Assembly (NCBI GenBank): GCA_965601925.1 | Contig: OZ271854.1 | Location: 1,440,001-1,504,000, forward strand | Reading direction: 5' to 3' | Length of the DNA: 64,000 bases | From: Alkalispirochaeta sp. | Lineage (GTDB): Bacteria; Spirochaetota; Spirochaetia; DSM-27196; Alkalispirochaetaceae | Shown: positions 37,277 to 45,912 of the stretch, piece after piece | Layout of the letters: each line of letters starts with the position of its first letter | How positions within the stretch are numbered: the first letter of the stretch is position 1 | The notes under the pieces: generated by a model | The model's input: only the letters and a program-made list of their open reading frames with translations | Databases searched by the model: none | Told to the model about the DNA's origin: nothing | Position numbers and translations under genes: made by a program

Positions 37277-38152
37277 TCAACCCTTGAGACCCGCGGTCGC
37301 GATGCTCTGCACGAACCAACGCTGAAATGCGGCAAAGACGATGAGAATCGGTACGGTGATCAGCGAGGCGAACGCCAAGATGTGGCCCCACTGGAGATTC
37401 AACACGTACAGGGCGGTGATTCCGATCGGCAGCGGCCGCACCGCCTCGGATCGCGTGACCATCAGCGGCCACAAATACGAGTTCCAGATCGTAAGGGACT
37501 GGAGAATGGCGACGGTCGCAAAGACCGGCTTGGACAGCGGCAGGGTGAAGTTCCAGTAGATGCGAAACGGCTTGATTCCGTCCACATAGCACGACTCGTC
37601 GATCTCCCGCGGTATTCCGATGAAAAACTGGTAAAAGAGAAACGTCGAGAACGCCTCGGCGGCAAAAGGAAAGATCTGCACGCGATAAGTATCCAACCAC
37701 GAGGCGCTCCCGTCGAACCACGGTAGGTTGTTTACGAGCACGAGCATCGGGATGGCGATCGTCTCCAGCGGAACGATGGCCAGCGCGATGATAAAGGGCA
37801 GAATGAATCGCTTTGCCGGCCAATAGAGACGTGCCAGGGCAAAGGCCAGCATGCTGTTGAACCACAACCCTAACAGAACCGTAGAGACGGTGATCATCAT
37901 GGAGTTAAAGAAGAACCGCCAGAAGGGCACCCGGCCGAAGACGTAGGCGAAGTTCTCGAACGTTATCTGGGTGGGAACGAAGGCGAGAACGACGGTGCGT
38001 AGGTCGGAAAAGATGCGCGCTTCGGTCTTGAGCGACGAGACGATCATGAAGACCAACGGGAATACGAAAAACAGCGCGAATAGTACCATCACCCCGTAGG
38101 AGGCGAGGCGGGAAAACGGTAGCGCCTTCGGCGAACGCATAGCAGTGTACAT
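37277..38152 (-). CDS. Carbohydrate ABC transporter permease
   Basis: IPREIDES..VDG, LPLSKP, WNSYLWP. Confidence 0.92.
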   Translation of the reverse strand: MYTAMRSPKALPFSRLASYGVMVLFALFFVFPLVFMIVSSLKTEARIFSDLRTVVLAFVPTQITFENFAYVFGRVPFWRFFFNSMMITVSTVLLGLWFNSMLAFALARLYWPAKRFILPFIIALAIVPLETIAIPMLVLVNNLPWFDGSASWLDTYRVQIFPFAAEAFSTFLFYQFFIGIPREIDESCYVDGIKPFRIYWNFTLPLSKPVFATVAILQSLTIWNSYLWPLMVTRSEAVRPLPIGITALYVLNLQWGHILAFASLITVPILIVFAAFQRWFVQSIATAGLKG

Positions 38153-38167
38153 AATCTCGGTACCGCC

Positions 38168-39235
38168 TCAGTGCATCTCGGTCTCGGACTTCAACAGCGC
38201 CTTTTGGACGAGGGCGACGATCAGCACCACGACGAAGAAGACCATCGTGACCGCCGAGGCGTACCCGATTCGTTGCTGTCGAAATCCGCGCTCAACCGCG
38301 TAGTACACCACCGTACTGGTCGCATCCTGCGGCCCGCCCCTGGTCATTACATCCACCTGCGTGAAAACGCGAAAGGCGAGGATCGTCGTGCTGATAATGA
38401 CGAAGATCGTCGTGTTTCTAAGCTGTGGAATCGTCACATTCAGAAATCGCTGAAATGCACCGGCGCCGTCGATTTGAGCCTGCTCGTACAAATAAGCCGG
38501 TATCCCCTGCAACCCGGCGAGAAAAATGACCATTTGAAATCCGGTTGCCTGCCACGCCGACACGATGATAATTGCGGCCAGTGCGTAGCGCCGATCCACC
38601 AGCCATCCGATGCCGGATATGCGCCCCACCGTTACGCGCTCGATAACGGCATTGATCACCCCCTGGTTGGGGTTGTAGAGGAACGACCATACGATCGCGA
38701 TGACCGCCATCGGAGTGACGACCGGCGCGAAGTACACGGTTCGAAAGGCGTTCCTCCCCTTGATCTTCCGATTGACGAGCAACGCAAGGACCAGCGCCAG
38801 TCCCCCCTGTCCCGGAACGATGAACGCCACGAAGATGAGCGTATTGACGAACGACCGCATAAAGACGACATCGGAGGCGAGGAGAATCGTGATCGTGGAG
38901 CCGGAACGCATGCGGAACCACTCGCGATACCCGCTGTACGCCTCGTCGGTCCGAAGGACGGTGCGAATCTCCGCCTCGAGCACCTCGTCGTCCGCCGCTC
39001 CAAACTCGGTGGTGTCGAGGGTGAGCGTCTTCACCGAGAGCAGCGTGCGATAGTTCTCAAGACCCACGAACCGCGTCGGAACCGGAGAGATCAGGCGCCG
39101 GTTTGTCATACTCCAGTATCCGCCCAACAAAAGCGGCAGGAGGACGAAGGTGACCAGTATAGTGAGCCCCGGGAGGCTCATGAGCCACGCCGAAGAACGC
39201 TGGTGTGCCAAAAGGAGCTGGCGACCGGAACGCAT
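38168..39235 (-). CDS. Carbohydrate ABC transporter permease
   Basis: FVGLENY, LAGLQGIP..LYEQAQIDGA. Confidence 0.92.
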   Translation of the reverse strand: MRSGRQLLLAHQRSSAWLMSLPGLTILVTFVLLPLLLGGYWSMTNRRLISPVPTRFVGLENYRTLLSVKTLTLDTTEFGAADDEVLEAEIRTVLRTDEAYSGYREWFRMRSGSTITILLASDVVFMRSFVNTLIFVAFIVPGQGGLALVLALLVNRKIKGRNAFRTVYFAPVVTPMAVIAIVWSFLYNPNQGVINAVIERVTVGRISGIGWLVDRRYALAAIIIVSAWQATGFQMVIFLAGLQGIPAYLYEQAQIDGAGAFQRFLNVTIPQLRNTTIFVIISTTILAFRVFTQVDVMTRGGPQDATSTVVYYAVERGFRQQRIGYASAVTMVFFVVVLIVALVQKALLKSETEMH

Positions 39236-39314
39236 AGAACATCCTCACGCGGTCGAGCCGCGGTCGAGCGGATAATGAACCGCTCGCCGCGACTCGGCGA
39301 CCGCAGCCTCGCGT

Positions 39315-40625
39315 CTACTGAGCGGGATATCCGTCGTTTTGGCGAATATCTTCTTCGATGGAATCCACGGCGATATCCAGTTCGGTCTGCACGTCGGCCC
39401 CTTTGATGATGTTATCCATCGCAGTGTAGAAGGCCGCCGTGATCGCCGGATACCCCGGAGTCTTGGGCCGCGGCACTGCGACTCCGTTCTGGAGTTGCTG
39501 AACAAAGACGCTCAATGCGCCCCCTTCGGCGTACAGATCCGACTGCGCAAACGCCGTAGCGCGCCCCGGCACCGCTCCGTTTACATCGGTGATCGAGAGA
39601 ATTTCATCCGGCTGTAAGATGAACTCCAGAAACGCCCACGCTCCCTCCGGATTCTCACTCTGAGACGAGATCGCCCACGCCCACGAACCCATGCCGGTCA
39701 CTGCGGCCTCGCCGAAGCGCGGCATGGGAATGACGACCACATCGTCGCCGAACGCGTCGGAGTACGTATTCCACATCCAATGACCCAACCAACCGAGCGC
39801 CGCCCTCCCGTTTACGAACTCGTTGTCGTCCGGCGGGCTCACGATCGAGTATCCGCGTTCGAAGATCCCCTGGACGGCGGTCATCGCCTCGACCGCGGCC
39901 GGCCCGTTCAGCACCCCCTCGGCGCTCTGGTAGTCCGAGCGATCGATCAGGTCGCCGCCGTAGCTCTGCACGACCGGAGAGAAACCGTACGTAAACCACT
40001 CACCGGCACCGTAATTCATCTTGAGATCGATCGCATACTCAACCTCCGGTAGCGCCTGAAGCGCCGCAAGGGCCTGCAGAAACTCCTCGCGCGACCACGC
40101 ATCGTCGATCGAACGGGGAATGCGCACGCCCGCTTGTTCGAGCAGGGAGACGCGACCGACGAGCGCGAGCCCGGAGTCGTACTGACCGATCGCGTACATT
40201 CGTCCGTTGTACGTTCCTTGATCGATGAGCGACGGCAACATGTCGTTTCGCAACTCGGCGGACATGTACTGGTCGAGGGGATGCAGATACCCCGCCCACG
40301 CATAGTTGTACAGATTCGGTCCGTCCAGGTCCAAGATATCGGGCAAGTCATTTGCGACGGCGGCGGCGTTCACGGCGTCGTTGTAACCACTTCCGGCGAC
40401 CGCCCCGCCCGGTATCTCGGTCATCACGACGCGATAGTCGGCCTGCGACGCATTGAACCGTTCGATCTGGCTCCGCATCGCCTCGGTCTCGTCGGCGGTA
40501 CCCCCGTGGAACCACAGACTCAGCTCGGCGACGCCGCCGTCCGTCTCTTCACTCCCTCCACCGGCGAAGACGAATGACGCCGTCGCAACGGATAATGCCA
40601 ACACGATGAATAACGGTTTTCTCAT
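39315..40625 (-). CDS. Sugar ABC substrate-binding protein
   Basis: Signal peptide, LPDILDLDGP, GMGSWAW; in operon with the permeases. Confidence 0.9.
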   Translation of the reverse strand: MRKPLFIVLALSVATASFVFAGGGSEETDGGVAELSLWFHGGTADETEAMRSQIERFNASQADYRVVMTEIPGGAVAGSGYNDAVNAAAVANDLPDILDLDGPNLYNYAWAGYLHPLDQYMSAELRNDMLPSLIDQGTYNGRMYAIGQYDSGLALVGRVSLLEQAGVRIPRSIDDAWSREEFLQALAALQALPEVEYAIDLKMNYGAGEWFTYGFSPVVQSYGGDLIDRSDYQSAEGVLNGPAAVEAMTAVQGIFERGYSIVSPPDDNEFVNGRAALGWLGHWMWNTYSDAFGDDVVVIPMPRFGEAAVTGMGSWAWAISSQSENPEGAWAFLEFILQPDEILSITDVNGAVPGRATAFAQSDLYAEGGALSVFVQQLQNGVAVPRPKTPGYPAITAAFYTAMDNIIKGADVQTELDIAVDSIEEDIRQNDGYPAQ

Positions 40626-42088
40626 ACCTTTCTCCTTTTTTTTGAGTGATTCAATCTCCTTTGGGGAGAAACCGATGAAAGTACAATCGGATCAATAGGT
40701 CGCAACGCACATCGCACACCTCCTTCTTCACCGTGCGACACCACCGCGCATCTGCGGCCGCCCGGCTCCCACTTCAAGAGCTCGGTCGCAACGAGGCTCC
40801 CCCGGTTAGCGAACAACTCGATCGAGCAGGCGTCGACATATATCGCTACATCGACCGAGCGCGCCTCTGTATCTATCGTATCGTTCATAGAAGCCACCGC
40901 CCCGGACTGGGAACGGTGATCCCACGCGTCCGACCTATCGATCTCCATGCGCAAGACACCATCCCGTAGCTCCCCACAAATCCGCACCGCACGGCCCCGG
41001 GGATCACCGATCTCGACTTCCACGCGGTGCGCCCGATCGACGTTCCAATCAAGAGTCAGCAAAAACGAGGCCGTATCAAGATCGATCCAGCTCGCGGCGG
41101 CGCCGTCGCGATCGGGAGCCACTACGGGACCGTACAGCCGCTCCAACTGTTGAATCGGTTGTTGGTTAACGCGAAAGCGCTCACCCCGCCTCTCTATCGA
41201 GAGCGTGCGCGGAATGGATAGGCAGCCGTTCCACCGTTCCGGGGACAACACTTCGGCGTAGGCCCAATTATTCATCCATGCGACCAGGGTCCGCGCGGGA
41301 CCCGAGACGTTGCTCCAGACCTGCGCAGCATAGAAATCGTGCCCGTTGTCCAGCGGATGCCACTCCGTACCGTCGCGCACAAATGCCGTCCCGTCGAACA
41401 CGCCGCAGGTATACAGAACGTTTCCCGTATGGGCACGATCTCGTTGCGCGACACTTAAGAGCAGCACGTCCACCGCCTCGCCGTGCGATGTGTGTAGCGT
41501 AATGAGATCGGGACATTCCACGACGTAATCGTCGTTCCCTATATCGACGCTCAGTACAGAGGTACGCTCCCATCCCGTCAGATCTGGGGAACGAAAAAAC
41601 TCCAGATGGTCGCCGGTCGCTATGACACAGTGCCAATACTCGCCGCGGCGCCACAACTTCGGATCACGAAAGTCGGTCTCCCCTCGATTGTCTATAGCGG
41701 GAACATCGGCAAGGTCATAAAAGCGGCCGCTGTATCGGTCGTACTCGGCGAGGTACTGCGCCTGATAATCGCTCGCTCCATTCGGCTTGGAGCGCGTATA
41801 CATCGCCACAAGGCGCTCGCGCGAGCCGTTCTCATCCGATACCGCCGCCGTCCCGGAAAACGGAAATCCGCTGCGCGGAATCGGCACCATTGCCGGCTGA
41901 TACGTCTCCCAATGCACGAGGTCCATACTCGTCGCATGTCCCCAGTGGATGTTGCCCCAAACCGTCTCGTCGGGATTGAGTTGATAGAAAAGATGGTACA
42001 CCCCGTCTGTGTACACCAACCCGTTCGGGTCGTTTATCCAGCACCCGGGGTGGAAAAAATGAAACCACGGGAACGGTGCTCTCAACAC
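40622..42088 (-). CDS. GH32 beta-fructofuranosidase/levanase
   Basis: WINDPNG, HWGHATS.DLVHW, FSG, FRDP, ECP, DFYAAQ. Confidence 0.92.
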   Translation of the reverse strand: MLRAPFPWFHFFHPGCWINDPNGLVYTDGVYHLFYQLNPDETVWGNIHWGHATSMDLVHWETYQPAMVPIPRSGFPFSGTAAVSDENGSRERLVAMYTRSKPNGASDYQAQYLAEYDRYSGRFYDLADVPAIDNRGETDFRDPKLWRRGEYWHCVIATGDHLEFFRSPDLTGWERTSVLSVDIGNDDYVVECPDLITLHTSHGEAVDVLLLSVAQRDRAHTGNVLYTCGVFDGTAFVRDGTEWHPLDNGHDFYAAQVWSNVSGPARTLVAWMNNWAYAEVLSPERWNGCLSIPRTLSIERRGERFRVNQQPIQQLERLYGPVVAPDRDGAAASWIDLDTASFLLTLDWNVDRAHRVEVEIGDPRGRAVRICGELRDGVLRMEIDRSDAWDHRSQSGAVASMNDTIDTEARSVDVAIYVDACSIELFANRGSLVATELLKWEPGGRRCAVVSHGEEGGVRCALRPIDPIVLSSVSPQRRLNHSKKRRKV

Positions 42089-42112
42089 GGAATCGCCTTT
42101 CTTTTCGTATAT

Positions 42113-42128
42113 ATGAAAACCCTTTCTA
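42113..42128. promoter_or_regulatory. Putative LacI-family operator upstream of the GH32 gene
   Basis: ATGAAAACCCTTTCTA resembles the site at 43191. Confidence 0.45.
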
Positions 42129-42170
42129 ACTTTTCATGGAAGCCCCTCTTGGCAGTGTCGCTCACGTTCG

Positions 42171-43187
42171 CTATCCCGCTTTTCCATGAATGGTGGTGCT
42201 CTGTCGCGCGATCAGGCGCGGCTCCAAGACCGCCCATCGCACGGCGTTGTCGTCCGTACCTTCAAGGCGGTGGAGGAGCGTCTCTATCGCAATCCTCCCG
42301 AGGTCGCCGGTCGGCTGGCCGATCGACGTCAAGGTGGGTCTCACTTGCCGCGAGAGGTACGTATTGTCGAAGCCGATAATCGCAACCTCTTCCGGGACGG
42401 GTATATCCAGGTCCTGTAGGGCGTGCAGCGCCCCGAATGCGGCGTAGTCGTTTGCGGCGAACAGTGCGGTGACGCCCCGCGACCGATCCCGGAAAAAGTC
42501 CTTGGTGATCGCATACGCGTTTGCCGGTACCGCTTCCCCCCATGGAGACTCGGCGAGAAGATAGTCCGCCGGTACCGTTATGCCGTTCCTCTCCAGCTCG
42601 GCTGAGAATCCGGCGTACTTCGGATCCGTCGCACGGCCCAAAAAGGCGATACGCTCGTGGCCGAGGTCTACGAGATGGCGGGCAGCCAGCTCACCGCCCT
42701 TCTCCATCGAAACAAAGACCGAGTCGATGCCCTCAATGGGCTGCGTTATTGCGACCGACGGTGTGCTCGTCGGGATTTTATCGAACAGCGCCTCCGGCGC
42801 GACGTCTCCCGGGCATAGGATAACACCGTCCACCTGACGAGAGAGGAATGAATGAATGTACTCGCCGGCACGAACCGCATTGTCGCCGAAGTTCCCCACC
42901 ACGACGTTAAAGCCGGAGACGAACGCACTTGCCTCGATCTGGTGCAACACCTCGGCGAAAAATGGGTTGGAAATCTCCGGCAGGACGACGCCGATCAAAT
43001 ACGCGCGCTTCCTTGCAAGCGTCTGGGCCGTCGTGTTGGGGCGATAATCCAGGCGGCGAATCCAATCCATCACGGCGCGCCGCTTGTCGATACTGACCGC
43101 CGAGCTCCCGTTGAGGACTCGCGATACCGTTGCAAGAGAAACTCCGGCCCGCTCCGCTACCTCTTTCATCGTCGCCGCTTTTTTCAT
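42171..43187 (-). CDS. LacI family transcriptional regulator
   Basis: TMKEVAERAGVSLATVSRVLN, NPFF, IIGFDN, LTSI. Confidence 0.95.
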   Translation of the reverse strand: MKKAATMKEVAERAGVSLATVSRVLNGSSAVSIDKRRAVMDWIRRLDYRPNTTAQTLARKRAYLIGVVLPEISNPFFAEVLHQIEASAFVSGFNVVVGNFGDNAVRAGEYIHSFLSRQVDGVILCPGDVAPEALFDKIPTSTPSVAITQPIEGIDSVFVSMEKGGELAARHLVDLGHERIAFLGRATDPKYAGFSAELERNGITVPADYLLAESPWGEAVPANAYAITKDFFRDRSRGVTALFAANDYAAFGALHALQDLDIPVPEEVAIIGFDNTYLSRQVRPTLTSIGQPTGDLGRIAIETLLHRLEGTDDNAVRWAVLEPRLIARQSTTIHGKAG

Positions 43188-43190
43188 GAA

Positions 43191-43239
43191 ATGTAACCGC
43201 TTTCATATTCATGATACGAACCCTTGCGTGAGCTGTCAA
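43191..43239 (-). promoter_or_regulatory. lacI-gene promoter and autoregulatory operator
   Basis: TTGACA-17-TATCAT; ATGAAAGCGGTTACAT pseudo-palindrome at 43191-43206. Confidence 0.7.
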
Positions 43240-43280
43240 CGTTTTTTTCGGTAGGCTGCGTCGGAGTTTCGGTCGGTCGC

Positions 43281-43700
43281 TTAGAAGGCGGTAGCGTCTA
43301 CCTCGGCGCTCGTCTCCCCGCCGCCGCCTACGGTTACGAAGACTCGGTTGGGTAGACACGCCGCCCATTGCCCGCGCTCGGACAACGCTCCCGCGGCGAT
43401 GCAGATTTTATCACGACACGGCGAGGCGACAAAAAACACCGTCTCGTCGCGGATATGCACAACGGTATCTCCCAAGGGTCCGGAGAAGGACAATACGCGA
43501 TCCTCGTCAAGCGCATAGACGAAGTCTCCGTCATCGGATCGTACTTCGACGGTCGTTGCCGGTCCGCCCCGTTCTACGGCAAACACGGCGAACGCAACGA
43601 TGACCGCCGCCGCGACGACGAAGACCACGAAGTCGTACGGCTTGAGCGGGAGCTCCCGCAGGAAGCGCCGTAGATACCCTCCCCGTTTACGATCAGCCAT
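43281..43700 (-). CDS. NusG domain II-like membrane-anchored protein
   Basis: N-terminal TM, GPLGDT, SPCRDKICI..G, ACLPNRV. Confidence 0.85.
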   Translation of the reverse strand: MADRKRGGYLRRFLRELPLKPYDFVVFVVAAAVIVAFAVFAVERGGPATTVEVRSDDGDFVYALDEDRVLSFSGPLGDTVVHIRDETVFFVASPCRDKICIAAGALSERGQWAACLPNRVFVTVGGGGETSAEVDATAF

Positions 43701-45018
43701 CGGCGCTCTTTCGGTGTTCGGTCGACGCCCGCCCGGTGGGCGTGAATGCATCGCGAAGAGCGTGTGCGATCGTTTCCAACTCGGCACCGCTGGGCTGCTG
43801 AAACACGCGCAAATCGAACTCGGGAATGACCGCCAACAGGTGATCGAAGATATCGGCCTGTACGGCCTCGTAGTGGACCCACCGTTGGTCGACGCAGAAC
43901 ACGTATACCTCGATGGGGATTCCCGTCGGACCGGGCGGGAGCTGACGGACGAGGAATGTCATATCGTCGCGAATCATGGGGTGGCTGCGAAGATACGCCT
44001 GCACGTATGCGCGAAAGACCCCGAGATTGGTCATTCGGCGGCCGCTCACGGAATCGGCCAGATCGATCGCGTGCTCTCGGTTGTATACATCGATGTCCGC
44101 TACCTTGCGTTCCAGATAGTCGCGAATGCGGCTGAATCTGCGGTAGCGATCGAGCATCCGGTCGTCTACGAATCGTACCGAACGCATGTCGATGGTGATA
44201 GCGCGCTTAATGCGTCGCCCACCGGACTCGCTCATACCGCGCCAGTTCTTGAAGCTGTCGCTCGTCAGTGCGTATATGGGAATGGAGGTGATCGTTTTGT
44301 CCCAATTTTGGACCTTGATCGACTGTAACGTAATATCGATCACATCGCCGTCGGCTCCGTACTTGGGCATCTCGATCCAATCGCCGATTTCCACCAAATT
44401 GTTGGCGGACAGTTGGATGCCGGCGACAAAGCCCAGAATCGAATCGCGAAAGATCAACAACAGCACGGCGCTCATGGCGCCCAACCCACTGAGGATGCCC
44501 AAGGCGCTCTGATTTAGGATCGTCGTCACAACGACGACGCCGGCGACCAGGTACAAGACGACCTTCCCGAGCTGTACGAATCCCTTGATCGGACGCTTAC
44601 GGCTGTAGGTCTGGTCCCGATAGAGGTCGTGGAAGACCTCCATGGACGCGTCGATCGTGAGGGCGGCGACGACGACGATCCACGCCGTTGTGGCGCGGCG
44701 AATCGCCTCGCCGACCCACGGCAGCTCGGGTGCAACGATGCCGCCGACTGCGTAGATGACCAACGCCGGCGCGACTCGGGAGAGACGCAGCAAGACGCCG
44801 CGATCGGCGATGCGGTCGTCCCATTTCACCTTCGTCCGTCGAAACATGGAATGAAGAAAGCGAACGATCAAGCGCCGTGCAATCCAGTCGGCGAGAACGG
44901 CGACGAAAAAGATCGTCACGATCAACACTGCCCGCTCGATGATCGCGGCCGCGACTCCCGGAATGCCCAAGGCTTGGAAAAAGGCCGCGAGACCGATGCC
45001 GACCGATTCAATATTCAT
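43693..45018 (-). CDS. MscS-family mechanosensitive channel (YbdG/MscM-like)
   Basis: FRDSILGFVAGIQL, IGDWIEMPKYGADGDV, NWRGMSESGGRRIKR. Confidence 0.92.
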   Translation of the reverse strand: MNIESVGIGLAAFFQALGIPGVAAAIIERAVLIVTIFFVAVLADWIARRLIVRFLHSMFRRTKVKWDDRIADRGVLLRLSRVAPALVIYAVGGIVAPELPWVGEAIRRATTAWIVVVAALTIDASMEVFHDLYRDQTYSRKRPIKGFVQLGKVVLYLVAGVVVVTTILNQSALGILSGLGAMSAVLLLIFRDSILGFVAGIQLSANNLVEIGDWIEMPKYGADGDVIDITLQSIKVQNWDKTITSIPIYALTSDSFKNWRGMSESGGRRIKRAITIDMRSVRFVDDRMLDRYRRFSRIRDYLERKVADIDVYNREHAIDLADSVSGRRMTNLGVFRAYVQAYLRSHPMIRDDMTFLVRQLPPGPTGIPIEVYVFCVDQRWVHYEAVQADIFDHLLAVIPEFDLRVFQQPSGAELETIAHALRDAFTPTGRASTEHRKSADG

Positions 45019-45084
45019 AAAAGAGCCCCCGGTAGAATGCGGTCATCGTCCCCGTCGATCGGCGGAAGCGCGCCGTCATCACCG

Positions 45085-45849
45085 TCAGTTCCACTTTTTT
45101 TTGTCGCGAATGTAGATGTCGTGGGCGGGGCTGTTCTCCATCGGTCGCTCGTCTATTTCGAACAGATGCATCGCCCGAACCAACTCGCCGAGCTTCTTGT
45201 ACCCGTAATTACGCGGATCGAAGTCGGGATTGCTGTTGGCGACCTTCTGCCCCACGATGCCCAGAGAGGCCCATCCGGTATCGTCGGCGGCATCTTCGAT
45301 TCCGTTGCGGACCATGGTGACCAGCTTGGTATCCTGTTTCAGCTCTTGGGTCGTATACCGCTTGCGTTGCACGGAGGCGGGCGCCTCTTTGTTGTCGTCT
45401 ACCTGCTGCTGCCTGAGTACCTCGCTGTATATGAAGCGGTCGCAGGCGCGAACAAACGCCTTCGGCGTCTTTTCTTCACCGAAGCCGTACACGGTAAATC
45501 CGGACTGGCGAATACGTTGCGCAAGGGGCGTGAAATCGCTGTCGCTGGTAACCAGGCAGAATCCGTCCATGGTGCCGGAATAAAGTATGTCCATCGCGTC
45601 AATCAGCATTCGCATGTCGGTAGCGTTTTTGCCGCGCGTGTAAGGATACTGTTGGATGGGTTGGATCGCGTAGTCGAGGAGAATGTTTTTCCATCCTCTC
45701 ATCGAGTCGCTGGACCAGTCTCCGTATATTCGTTTGATGCTGGCGATCCCGTAGTTTGCAATCTCTTCCAAGAGGCCTTCCATAATCGACGATTGGGAGT
45801 TGTCGGCGTCGATCAGAACGGCGAGACGCATCTGCTTTTCCGTGTTCAT
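45085..45849 (-). CDS. NYN (LabA/DUF88, PIN-like) protein with C-terminal OST-HTH/LOTUS domain
   Basis: AVLIDADN, RIYGDW, GKNATD..M.IDAMD, SDSDF, FDPRNYGYKKL. Confidence 0.9.
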   Translation of the reverse strand: MNTEKQMRLAVLIDADNSQSSIMEGLLEEIANYGIASIKRIYGDWSSDSMRGWKNILLDYAIQPIQQYPYTRGKNATDMRMLIDAMDILYSGTMDGFCLVTSDSDFTPLAQRIRQSGFTVYGFGEEKTPKAFVRACDRFIYSEVLRQQQVDDNKEAPASVQRKRYTTQELKQDTKLVTMVRNGIEDAADDTGWASLGIVGQKVANSNPDFDPRNYGYKKLGELVRAMHLFEIDERPMENSPAHDIYIRDKKKWN

Positions 45850-45912
45850 GTTCCATCAAGGCTATCCGGTGCATTGTGACCTGGCAAGCGGTTTTCGGTA
45901 TATTGTGGTGCG

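Noticed and set aside
45085..45849. NYN protein as part of an anti-phage defence island
   Set aside because: Common LabA/DUF88 + OST-HTH type among housekeeping neighbours; no other defence genes nearby.
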